Below, one piece after another: positions 19,125-33,071 of a stretch of DNA of 64,000 nt (within the stretch, counting starts at the first letter, position 1; every line of letters begins with the position of its first letter). The translations under genes were made by a program, and so were the position numbers. The stretch is from Cenarchaeum sp. (GTDB lineage Archaea > Thermoproteota > Nitrososphaeria > Nitrososphaerales > Nitrosopumilaceae): positions 672,001-736,000 of the forward strand of contig CBDESU010000001.1 in NCBI GenBank assembly GCA_965242695.1, written 5' to 3'. A model generated the notes under the pieces. The model had not been told where the DNA came from. It saw only the letters and a program-made list of their open reading frames with translations, and did no database searches.

Positions 19125-19299
19125 TGCCGGCGCGGCGGCTGGGCCGTATATGGCGCCGCCGGGTGTAGATTACGGGCCTGCGCATAGGCACCGTTTCGCT
19201 ATATGCCCCTATTGTCGGCGCCGGCGCCGGGCAGTCGCCGTCCGAGCGCGCCGATGCCGCCGCGTTAGGCTTTACATAGCGCTGCCGGCGCGGCGCCGC

Positions 19300-19776
19300 G
19301 TGCAGCCGCGGCAGCAGCGCCCGTACTACCTGGTCAACTGGGGCAGGGCCGAGGCCATGGCGGCCGAGCTGTGGGCCAGGGCGGCCGATGCGGCGGGCGG
19401 CGCGGGGCGGCTGGCGTGCATCGCGACCGCGTCGCGCGGCGGCATGGTCCCCGCCCGCCTGCTGGCAGACGCATCCGGGATCGACCGCATCCTGGTCGAT
19501 GTCAAGTCAGTGCCGGCCGGCGCGCTGTTCGTCGACGACATCTACGACACGGGCGGCACGTTCAGGGATATCGCCGGCAGGGCCGAGGACCCGGGGTCGC
19601 TCGTGTACGCGACGCTCTTTGCAAGGCGCGGACGCGCCGAGACGCCGCCGCAGCTAGTGTTCGCCGAGGAGACCGCCGGCGCCGAGCATGTGGTGTTTCC
19701 GTGGGAGATGGGCGAGCACAGGCGGGAGGTCTCGCCGCGGCCGCGGCCGTTGCCGGCTCCAGGCCAGGCCGGCTAG
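19300..19776 (+). CDS. Type I phosphoribosyltransferase (purine PRT-like)
   Basis: SRGGMVPA, LFVDDIYDTGGT, VVFPWE. Confidence 0.85.
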   Translation: MQPRQQRPYYLVNWGRAEAMAAELWARAADAAGGAGRLACIATASRGGMVPARLLADASGIDRILVDVKSVPAGALFVDDIYDTGGTFRDIAGRAEDPGSLVYATLFARRGRAETPPQLVFAEETAGAEHVVFPWEMGEHRREVSPRPRPLPAPGQAG

Positions 19777-19859
19777 CGGCGGGCGGTTGCATGTTGACGA
19801 CTCCCTGCGCGCATGCCTTGGTGAGGGGGCACTGGCCGGCCTAGAAAAATGGTGCACGA

Positions 19860-20252
19860 TCACGATCTAGGCCGTAGCCAATCCCACTCGGGCCCGACTG
19901 TACCTCGCCAGAACTGTGCGCAAAATCCCTCCCAGAACTCGTCAAAGAACCTTGTCGCATACTCCCACATGGCGTAAAGGTCGTTGTCCATCGCATCCAA
20001 CGCGGTGCTGCCGTCGCTGGACCTGTAGGTGTACGGCATCGTCTGGCGCAGGATTGACTCAATGGCGTGTTTTCTGGCACTGGCCGGCATGCCTCCGCAG
20101 TACTGTATATAGTCCAAGGCTAGGTTGTCCTTTGTCCGGCCTACCTCCTTTTTCCACTCCTCAAAATATGCGCTAGGCTTCCATCCGGGAACGGGCGCGA
20201 CGCTGGCGGGGGCCACCCACTGCGCGCCCCGCCCCACTCGCTGTCCGGCCAT
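19860..20252 (-). CDS. Hypothetical protein
   Basis: Lower-GC, aromatic-rich ORF; start uncertain. Confidence 0.4.
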   Translation of the reverse strand: MAGQRVGRGAQWVAPASVAPVPGWKPSAYFEEWKKEVGRTKDNLALDYIQYCGGMPASARKHAIESILRQTMPYTYRSSDGSTALDAMDNDLYAMWEYATRFFDEFWEGFCAQFWRGTVGPEWDWLRPRS

Positions 20253-20780
20253 CGGTGCTGGCGGCATCCGCGGGATACTAAAGGCCGGGCTTTGCGGCAA
20301 CAACTCCGCGCGCGCCTGCCCAGGGGGCCAGATATTGCCGCAGGTGTGTGTGGAGGGGGGGGAGAGGGCGCGATGATCGCAGGCGCTTCGGCCGCCGTCC
20401 GGCGACCCCGTGCATGGGCCGCTGCCGCCCTGCCGCCCTGCGAACCGGCCTCGGCCCCGCACAGGCTCGCTCTGCATGGGGTGGGGCCTGCCTGGGCGCA
20501 GATGTGGCGGAATCGATCCCGCCTGCGATCGCCTCCGCACCGCAGTCTCCCTGGGAGGCTTCGCCGCCTCCCCCCCCCTGCCGCATGCCGAAATGCCGCA
20601 TGCGGCCGGCACTGCCTAGGTGCCGCGCAGCACATGTGAGCTCCTTCTGCCCTGCGTTCCTGCCCGCCCGGCCGTCAGATGCCCCGTCGATTCCCTGCGG
20701 CGCCGGACTTTGCGGATCCCGGGCGCCAGCCATCTGCCCCGCCGTAGACTTTTATTCGCTCCGCGGCCCCCCGCGGCCGC

Positions 20781-22463
20781 ATGGGCCACGACTACTGCGG
20801 CATACGGCGCCGCGTGCGCGCGGCCCGCAGGCTCGTAATACGGGGAACGACGGCGGCCGGCTCGGGGCACCCCGGCGGCTCGTTCTCGATGGCCGAGATC
20901 GTCGGCGTGCTGCTGTTCGGCGGGCGCCTCAGGCACGATCCGTCAAACCCCCTGTGGGAGGAGCGCGATCGCCTCGTCCTCTCAAAGGGGCACGCGGCCC
21001 CGGGCCTGTTCGCCAGCCTGGCCGTGGCCGGCTACATCGACGAGTCCGAGATCGACACGCTGCGCAGCCTCGGCAGCCGCCTGCAGGGCCACCCCGACCT
21101 AAAGTGCCCCGGCGTAGAGTTCTGCGGCGGCTCGCTCGGAATAGGCCTGTCGTACTCGATAGGCGCGGCCCTTGCGGCGCGGCTCGACGGCCGCCCGACC
21201 CGCGTGTACGCCATACTCGGCGACGGCGAGACCGACGAGGGGCAGGTGTGGGAGGCCGCCATGGCCGCCTCAAAGTTCGCCGTCGACAACCTCACCGCCA
21301 TCCTCGACCGCAACTTCATCCAGCAGGACTCTTACACCGAGGATGTGATGCCGCTCGACCGGCGCCTTGCGGACGGCGAGGACCTGTCGGCGATGTGGAA
21401 GGATCCCTCGCGGTGGCGCACGGCCGACAAGTGGCGCGCGTTCGGGTGGAACGTCATAGAGGTCGACGGCCACCGCATCGAGCAGCTAGAGTCGGCGCTG
21501 CGCGGCGCCGCGGCCCACCGCGGCTCGCCGACGATGATCATAGCCCGCACGATAAAGGGAAAGGGGGTCGAGCACATGGAGGACAACCCAAAGTGGCACG
21601 GCAAGGCGGCCGACCCCGACGTGGCGCCCGTAATCGACGCCGAGCTCGGCTGCCAGTTCTCGGTATGCCCGTCGATCACGGCAGGCGACATGGGCGACCT
21701 GCCCGGCGAGGTGCGCCGCTGCGAGGACGGCAGGGCCGACATGATACACATCGACGTGATGGACGGCAGGTTCGTACCCGCCACCACGTTCGGGGCCGAA
21801 AAGGTCGCCGAGCTGCGCGCCCTCACCGAGCTGCCGTTCGACACGCATCTGATGGTGGAAGACCCCGTCCGCCAGGCGGCCCTGCATGCGGACGCCGGCA
21901 GCGACATCGTGACCGTCCACGCCGAGGCGTGCGGCGGCGAGGCCGCGTTTGGCGAGGTGCACGACCGGCTCAGGTCGGCGCGCGTCGGCGTCGGGCTTGC
22001 CGTCAACCCGGGGACCGACCTCCCCGAGTGGGCCGCGCGGTTTGCGCCCACTCTAGACCAGGTGATCGTAATGTCCGTCGAGCCGGGCAGGTCGGGGCAG
22101 CGGTACATCGAGGCCATACACGCAAAGACGGCGCGCATATGCGCCGAGCTAGAGCGGGCCGGCTTTGCGGGGACGGTAGAGGCCGACGGCGGCGTGACTG
22201 CCGGGAATGCGGGCGCCTGCCTTGCCGACGGGGCCCGCGCGTTCGTCGGCGGCAGCGCGATCATTGGGCAGGCCGACGTGCGCGCCGCCGTCCGGTCGTT
22301 CCGAAACGCGCTGCTCGACGCCCGGCGCACGCTGCTCTTGCGGCGCGCGCGCGAGCTCGGCGGCGATGCGCTCGTCGAAAAGTGGGTCGGACTGCACGGG
22401 GCCGGCCCGCGCGTCGAGCGCCTGCGGCGGCTGGCCGAAAGCGGGGAGGCGGCCGGCAGGTGA
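20781..22463 (+). CDS. Transketolase N-terminal subunit fused to ribulose-phosphate 3-epimerase
   Basis: GHPGGS, LSKGHAAP, GDGE..EG (TPP motif), then HIDVMDGRFVP, DTHLMV, EADGG (Rpe). Confidence 0.9.
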   Translation: MGHDYCGIRRRVRAARRLVIRGTTAAGSGHPGGSFSMAEIVGVLLFGGRLRHDPSNPLWEERDRLVLSKGHAAPGLFASLAVAGYIDESEIDTLRSLGSRLQGHPDLKCPGVEFCGGSLGIGLSYSIGAALAARLDGRPTRVYAILGDGETDEGQVWEAAMAASKFAVDNLTAILDRNFIQQDSYTEDVMPLDRRLADGEDLSAMWKDPSRWRTADKWRAFGWNVIEVDGHRIEQLESALRGAAAHRGSPTMIIARTIKGKGVEHMEDNPKWHGKAADPDVAPVIDAELGCQFSVCPSITAGDMGDLPGEVRRCEDGRADMIHIDVMDGRFVPATTFGAEKVAELRALTELPFDTHLMVEDPVRQAALHADAGSDIVTVHAEACGGEAAFGEVHDRLRSARVGVGLAVNPGTDLPEWAARFAPTLDQVIVMSVEPGRSGQRYIEAIHAKTARICAELERAGFAGTVEADGGVTAGNAGACLADGARAFVGGSAIIGQADVRAAVRSFRNALLDARRTLLLRRARELGGDALVEKWVGLHGAGPRVERLRRLAESGEAAGR

Positions 22464-22489
22464 GCGGGGGGGATGCCGGCGCCGGCGCC

Positions 22490-23461
22490 ATGGGCGACAT
22501 GCGCGCCGAGTACGGCAGGGCGCTCGTAGAGATCGGCGAGGCGAACCCGAGTATAGTCGTGCTCGGCGCCGACACGACCGACTCGCTAAAGACGTCGGCG
22601 TTCGGAAAGAGGTTTCCCGACCGCTTCTTCAACGTCGGAATAGCCGAGGCCAACATGGTGTCCGTGGCGGCCGGCCTGGCCGCCTCTGGCAAGACCGCCT
22701 TTGCGAGCACGTACGCCATATTCATGCCGGGCAGGGCCGTCGACCAGATACGCAACGCCGTGTGCTACCCGTCGAGGGAGGGGAGGCGCGGCCTGGACGT
22801 AAAGCTCGTCGCCTCTCACGGCGGCCTGTCTGTCGGCGCCGACGGCGGCTCGCACCAGCAGCTAGAGGACGTCGCGACGATGCGGGCGGTCCCGAACATG
22901 CGCGTTGTGGTGCCCGCCGATGCGGCATCGGCAGGCTCGCTCGCCCGCGCGATCGCATCCGAGTACGGCCCGTTCTACATGCGCATGTGCCGCTCAAAGG
23001 TGCCGCGCGTGCACGGGGAAGGCGCTGCGGCCGCGCTGCGGCCGGGCCGCGCCGCCGTCGTCCGCGACGGGTCGGACTGCACGATCGCCGCCTGCGGCAT
23101 CACCGTATCCATGGCCCTCGAGGCGGCCCGCTCCCTGCAGGCCGAGCGGTCGATATCGTGCCGCGTCCTGGACATGTTCAGCGTAAAGCCGCTCGACGCG
23201 GCCGCCGTCGGGCGGGCCGCGGCCGAGACGGCGGGGATCGTCGCGTGCGAGGAGCACAGCGTGATCGGCGGCCTGGGGTCGGCCGTGGCCGAGGCCGCGT
23301 CCGAGTCGCGCCCGACGAGGGTGCTGCGCGTCGGCGTCGCCGACTCGTTCGGCGAGTCGTGCCGCGACCCCGAGGTGCCGCGCCTGCTCGCCAAGCACGG
23401 CATCGATCCCGTTAATATAGCCGCCAGGGCGGCCGAGGTCGTGGAGGCTGCCCGGCGGTGA
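22490..23461 (+). CDS. Transketolase C-terminal subunit
   Basis: RFFNVGIAEANM, DGGSHQ, EEHSVIGGLGSAVAE. Confidence 0.9.
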   Translation: MGDMRAEYGRALVEIGEANPSIVVLGADTTDSLKTSAFGKRFPDRFFNVGIAEANMVSVAAGLAASGKTAFASTYAIFMPGRAVDQIRNAVCYPSREGRRGLDVKLVASHGGLSVGADGGSHQQLEDVATMRAVPNMRVVVPADAASAGSLARAIASEYGPFYMRMCRSKVPRVHGEGAAAALRPGRAAVVRDGSDCTIAACGITVSMALEAARSLQAERSISCRVLDMFSVKPLDAAAVGRAAAETAGIVACEEHSVIGGLGSAVAEAASESRPTRVLRVGVADSFGESCRDPEVPRLLAKHGIDPVNIAARAAEVVEAARR

Positions 23462-24114
23462 AGATATTCCTGGACACGGCCAACCTGGCCGAGATACGAC
23501 GGTACAACGACATGGGCCTGATCGACGGGATCACGACCAACCCGTCGCTGCTCTCGCGGGAGGGCGGCGATCCGGCCGCCGTCATGAGGGAGATCACGTC
23601 GATAGTCTCGGGCGACATCAGCCTAGAGGTCGTCAGCACGGGCCATGCGGAGATGGTCGAGGAGGGGAGGCGCCTGCGCGGGTACGGGGACAACGTGGTA
23701 GTAAAGTGCCCAATGACGGCCGACGGCCTGCGCGCGTGCAGAACGCTCGTCTCCGAGGGGATACCCGTGAATGTCACGCTCGTATTCTCGGCAAACCAGG
23801 CCCTGCTGGCCGCAAAGGCCGGCGCAAGGTACGTCAGCCCCTTCATCGGCAGGCTCGACGACATCGGCGCCGACGGGCTCGGGCTCGTCGAGCAGATACT
23901 AGAGGTGTTTGCCAACTACGACTTTGGCACGCAGGTGCTGGTCGCAAGCGTCCGGCATCCCGCGCATGTGGTAGGCGCAGCCGAGATGGGAGCCGATGTG
24001 GTGACGCTGCCGCCTGCCGTGCTCGGCAAGATGCTCTCGCACCCGCTCACCGACTCTGGCCTGGCCGCGTTCCTGTCGGACTGGAAAAAGCTGAAGGCCG
24101 GCGCGGCGCGGTAG
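23458..24114 (+). CDS. tal: Transaldolase (FSA/TalC family)
   Basis: IFLDTAN, GITTNPSL, VVKCP, NVTLVFS, YVSPFIGR. Confidence 0.9.
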   Translation: MKIFLDTANLAEIRRYNDMGLIDGITTNPSLLSREGGDPAAVMREITSIVSGDISLEVVSTGHAEMVEEGRRLRGYGDNVVVKCPMTADGLRACRTLVSEGIPVNVTLVFSANQALLAAKAGARYVSPFIGRLDDIGADGLGLVEQILEVFANYDFGTQVLVASVRHPAHVVGAAEMGADVVTLPPAVLGKMLSHPLTDSGLAAFLSDWKKLKAGAAR

Positions 24115-24222
24115 GGCGCCCGGCGCCCGGCCTGGTTCGCATCCCATCTGCCAGAGTCCTGGTGGCAGCGCAGGCGCCGGCATCCGGCGCCCGGCGCCCG
24201 GCCTGGTTCGCATCCCATCTGC
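24115..24222. repeat. Two exact 37-bp direct repeats separated by 34 bp
   Basis: GGCGCCCGGCGCCCGGCCTGGTTCGCATCCCATCTGC at 24115-24151 and 24186-24222. Confidence 0.85.
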
Positions 24223-24364
24223 GGCGCAGGCGGCCCAGGCGCATACGGGCCGCCTGCCGCTCCAGTCCGCTCCGGCCGCGGCGGGGCCCCGCACGACTTT
24301 GGGATGCTCGGCCGGCGCGGGCGGCACGCCGGCAGCGGCGCGGTCCCTGGCGCGGGCCTCGGAC

Positions 24365-24685
24365 CTAGACGCCGAGCGACTCGGCCCTGGTCATGTCGAC
24401 GTACACCTTGTCGCCGACGGACAGGCCCATCTGCTTGTACTCGTGCATGTCGAGCTTTATCGATGTGACGGTGCCGAGCGAGTTGCCCCTCATGCCAGAG
24501 AGCATCTTGTTAATGTCCTCCATCATGTCGTTCATGTTGGTAAACCCCATGATCTTCGAGCCGCTCATCTGGGGCGAGGCATGCCCGCCGTCCCTGACCT
24601 CGTCCATCGACGACAGCGAGACGATCACATACGGGGCGCCGTCGGGCGCCGCGTCGATGCTCTTGACGACGAACTCCTTTCTCAA
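24365..24685 (-). CDS. Conserved-looking hypothetical protein
   Basis: Clean ORF, TTG start, TTTAAA about 25 nt upstream. Confidence 0.7.
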   Translation of the reverse strand: MRKEFVVKSIDAAPDGAPYVIVSLSSMDEVRDGGHASPQMSGSKIMGFTNMNDMMEDINKMLSGMRGNSLGTVTSIKLDMHEYKQMGLSVGDKVYVDMTRAESLGV

Positions 24686-25025
24686 CGGCGGCGCGCCGCA
24701 GCGCCGGTATTTTAAACTTCAATGGGGGCATCCGCGGGCGATCGCACGGCGATCGCACGGCGATCGGGCGCATCCGAGGCAGCTGACGGGGCATGCCGGG
24801 CGCGCGCGGGGGGGGGGGGGAGGGCAGGCGCGGATGCGGCTGCGCGGGGTACTGCAGGCCGGCCGCGCGCCGCCGGATGCCGGGGCGCCGCCGGCGGGCT
24901 ACCGTCTGCCCCGGCCGGCCTGACCGTCCGCACCTGCTGGGGGAGGAGGGTGCCGGCCGAACAGGGGCAGCGCGGCGGCGCCGGGGTCAAAATATTAAAC
25001 AACATCCCTCGCGGGCGGCCCGCGG

Positions 25026-25766
25026 GTGGCATTGGACGACATCATACTGGAGGATGTAAAGGCGCTGCTCAGGCTCGGCAAGGGCAGCCCGCTGTTCCTG
25101 GAGCGGATTAGGCGCGCGGCCGAGCAGGGCGAGGTCATATCGCACTACGAGCGATCGTACGTCTCCGAGCTTGCCCGCAAGCACCTCGGGCCTGGGCACG
25201 GCGCATCCCCGCAGCCCGCGCAGGCGCGGGCCTCCTCGTCGGCCGCCGTCCAGGCCACGTCCCTTGTGAGGGCCCCGCCCCCGCCTCCTCCCGCGCGGCG
25301 CCGCGGCGCCGCGGCCACCGGCGTGCCCGCCAGGCTCGTCCGCCCGCTCGTCGCGACGCGCCGCCGGATGATCGTCACGGCCGTTGTGGCGCTGCTCGTC
25401 GCAGCGGGGGCCGCCTCGGCCGTGGTGTACACCTCGGACGACGGCGGCGCGGCCGAGCCCGTTCCAATCCCCGTCGTTCCGGCCGGGCTGACCGTCGAGG
25501 CCGATGCGACGCTGTTCGCATCGGGCGACATTGTATCCGTGTCGGGAACGTCGGCATCGCCGGCCGGCGCCGTGGTCCTGTCTATAACAAACGGGGGAGG
25601 CGAGCTGGTCTGGCAGGAGACGGTCGGGGCGCGCGCGGACCGCACGTACGCGACGCTGACCATAGCGGGGGGGCCCGGCTGGGAGTCTCCGGGCCTGTAC
25701 GTGCTGTCGGCATCGGAGGGATCCGCAAGCCGCACGTTCGCGTTCGACTTTAGGCTGGCAGGCTAG
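25026..25766 (+). CDS. Single-pass membrane protein with C-terminal Ig-like domain
   Basis: N-terminal helical domain, TM helix MIVTAVVALLVAAGAASAVVY, beta-rich C-terminus. Confidence 0.65.
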   Translation: MALDDIILEDVKALLRLGKGSPLFLERIRRAAEQGEVISHYERSYVSELARKHLGPGHGASPQPAQARASSSAAVQATSLVRAPPPPPPARRRGAAATGVPARLVRPLVATRRRMIVTAVVALLVAAGAASAVVYTSDDGGAAEPVPIPVVPAGLTVEADATLFASGDIVSVSGTSASPAGAVVLSITNGGGELVWQETVGARADRTYATLTIAGGPGWESPGLYVLSASEGSASRTFAFDFRLAG

Positions 25767-25790
25767 GTTCGGCCGGCGCGGGAATTGCCG

Positions 25791-26207
25791 CTAGGCCCGC
25801 GGGGACGCCGCGTCGGGGGCCGCCGCCCCGGCTTCCGCCGCGCTGGCGGGCCCGTACCTCGAGCGCGACTTGAGGGCGGCGGCAAGCTCGCAGAACGTCT
25901 CGTTGGCGCTCACGTCGATGACGTTGATCGTGGCATGGTCGTGGACGATCTGGTTCCTGTACTCGTCCATGAGGGCGAACGAGACCGACGACCAGTGCAG
26001 GACGCCCCTCACCTGCTCGGCCGTGACCGCGTCAGAGTTGGGGAGCGGCACGGGCGAGAATGCGACTCCGCCCGTCCACTGCATCGTCGGGATGCCGCCG
26101 CCGGACGTCCTGCTGCCGAATGCGATCTGCCTGATCCAGTCGTCTAGCCTGTACTCGACGAGCTCGCGGATGACGAGCCTCTCCCACGGCCGGATCTCGA
26201 TGTCCAC
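25791..26207 (-). CDS. Hypothetical protein
   Basis: Protein-like ORF with TTTAT upstream. Confidence 0.65.
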   Translation of the reverse strand: MDIEIRPWERLVIRELVEYRLDDWIRQIAFGSRTSGGGIPTMQWTGGVAFSPVPLPNSDAVTAEQVRGVLHWSSVSFALMDEYRNQIVHDHATINVIDVSANETFCELAAALKSRSRYGPASAAEAGAAAPDAASPRA

Positions 26208-26292
26208 GGGGCGCGGGCGCGGCGCGGCCCAAATAAACCGTGTGCGGCGCGAGGGGGCCCTGGGCCGCCGCCGATGCCTCGGCCGCGGCGCC

Positions 26293-26877
26293 CTACTCCT
26301 TGCCGCCTGCGTCGGCCGGCGCGTAGACCATGAGGTTCTTTTCCTCGAGCAGGGCGTGGAGGCCGTGAACGGACCTGTACACGTCCGTCTCCTTCTTGGC
26401 GCCGGTGCAGACGAGCTTGCCGGACGCGAACAGCAGCATGACGGTCTTTGGGTCGACCATGCGGTGTATGAGGCCGGGGAACTGCTCTGGCTCGTACATG
26501 CTCCGCGGCAGCACCCTGGCGGCGCGCTCGATCTGGATCTTGCCGTGCAGGTTGATCGCCGCGACGATGTTCTGGACCGCCACGACGGCGTCCTTCTTGA
26601 TCCTCACGCCGCGCTTGCGCAGCGTCCTTACGACTATGCGGACGGCCTCGACGGCGAGCTCCTCGGACTTTGCGCCGGTGCAGACCATGTTGCCGGTGCG
26701 GAATATGAGCGTGGCCGTCCTCGGCTCGGCTATCCTGAAGACGAGGCCTGGGAACTGCTCGGGGTTGTACTCGGCGGCGGGGAACTTTTTCTGGACGGCC
26801 TTGAGGTCGATCGCCTGGTCCACCGACGCCGAGGCGACGACGTTCTCGATGTTCACCTGGGGCTTTGTCTGGGCCAC
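26293..26877 (-). CDS. tbp: TATA-box binding protein
   Basis: Two TBP repeats: NVVAS...YNPEQFPGLVFR...TGAKS and NIVA...YEPEQFPGLIHR...SGKLVCTGAK. Confidence 0.97.
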   Translation of the reverse strand: MAQTKPQVNIENVVASASVDQAIDLKAVQKKFPAAEYNPEQFPGLVFRIAEPRTATLIFRTGNMVCTGAKSEELAVEAVRIVVRTLRKRGVRIKKDAVVAVQNIVAAINLHGKIQIERAARVLPRSMYEPEQFPGLIHRMVDPKTVMLLFASGKLVCTGAKKETDVYRSVHGLHALLEEKNLMVYAPADAGGKE

Positions 26878-26963
26878 GGCGCCCCCTAGCACCCTCTTTA
26901 TATATAGGGAAGCGGCGCCTAGCGCGCCCTGGGCTTGAGGGCGGCAGGCGTCATCTTATTATC

Positions 26964-31877
<4,914 letters not shown>

Positions 31878-32004
31878 CCGGCCGCGGCGGCGGGGCGCGC
31901 CGCGGCATGCGGCCCATGCCCGATGTGCAGGCGGGCCGCCGCCCTTGATGCGGGCCGCATCCGCGCATGGCATGCGCTGCCCGCTCCTGCGCGGGCGCGT
32001 CAAG

Positions 32005-32256
32005 TCACCATCCGGGGTCGTAATAGGGAAACGGCGCCTCTGTACAGTCTGCGTATACGTACTTCATGAGCGGCATGCCCTTGCCCGCCCTGCATCCTTC
32101 CGTGAGGGTGCGCCTCGGATCCCTGCCGTGCGCGACGATCTCCCCGCTGGCCACCGCCAGCCACTCGCCCCTGTACTTCTTGTACTCCTCTTCCGGCATG
32201 GCGGCCAAGAACTTGATGTCCTCCACGGGGCTGCCCTCGGGGTCGTTCACTACCAT
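32005..32256 (-). CDS. DUF5678-like small protein (orphan copy)
   Basis: YKKYRGEWLAVASGEIVAHGRD motif. Same promoter layout as array 2 copies, but no protease downstream. Confidence 0.75.
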   Translation of the reverse strand: MVVNDPEGSPVEDIKFLAAMPEEEYKKYRGEWLAVASGEIVAHGRDPRRTLTEGCRAGKGMPLMKYVYADCTEAPFPYYDPGW

Positions 32257-32540
32257 GCCGGGGCTTGGCTGGGCATCCATTTAAGGCGAGCGCAGTGCGG
32301 CGCGGGCGGCGTATAAAGAGCGGCCGGCTTGGCCTGCTGCCTTGCATGCCGCCCTGCCATGCGCCGCGCCGAGGCATGCGCACGCAGCAAGACTTGGCAG
32401 GTCTCCGGGCGGGGCCGATCGCCAACCGCACCGGTCGCGGCTGGCGCACCGCCGGACACGCCGCGACCCTGCCTGCGACCGGAGTCCAGATGCCGCGCGA
32501 TGCGCCGGCGGGGCGGCATGTCAGGGCGCCCGCGAGGCGC

Positions 32541-33071
32541 CTAGTGCCAGCCGACCAGGCGGTACCTGTGCTCCTCGTCGATGATGTCTGCCCTGATGGC
32601 GTCTGCCGTCGGAACGGCAGATGCGGCGGCGGCCGCCCCGTACCCGCGCAGGAGCCGCCTTGTATCGACGTCAAAGAACCCGAGGCGGCCGGGCAGCGGG
32701 ATCGGGATGCGCAGGGCCCTGGCCGAGCCGAGGACGAACCCGTACCGCGCCGCCCTGCTGCGCCCAGCCGGCGTCGTGCCGCGCGACGCATAGTACCCGC
32801 GCGGCGCAAGGTGCCGCGCGCGGTCTGCGTTGAGCTCCCGCGCAGACCCGTACTCTACGACGTCGAGCAGCTCGGCCCTGCCGACTATGGCCCCCGTCGG
32901 CAGGCTGCGCGCGTCCATGCCGAGCCGCCTGCAGTCGGGAACGCGGACGGCGCGGGCGGCGTGCACGAGAAACTCGCCGCGCACGCGCGTGCTCCACCCG
33001 CGCAGCTCTACCGTCTTGGCGCCCGATGCGATCAGGCGCGCGTACGGCTGGCAGACGGACAGGCACTTCAA
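32541..33071 (-). CDS. ASCH-domain protein
   Basis: LSVCQPYARLIASGAKTVELR, GAIVG, G.LGFF. Confidence 0.85.
   Translation of the reverse strand: MKCLSVCQPYARLIASGAKTVELRGWSTRVRGEFLVHAARAVRVPDCRRLGMDARSLPTGAIVGRAELLDVVEYGSARELNADRARHLAPRGYYASRGTTPAGRSRAARYGFVLGSARALRIPIPLPGRLGFFDVDTRRLLRGYGAAAAASAVPTADAIRADIIDEEHRYRLVGWH

Noticed and set aside
15651-19187. 1178-aa ORF and many other long Arg/Ala/Pro-rich ORFs
   Set aside because: Shadow frames of GC-rich genes with no motifs; they overlap well-supported CDSs.
24737-24766. GGCGATCGCAC x2.5 short tandem repeat
   Set aside because: Too short to interpret.
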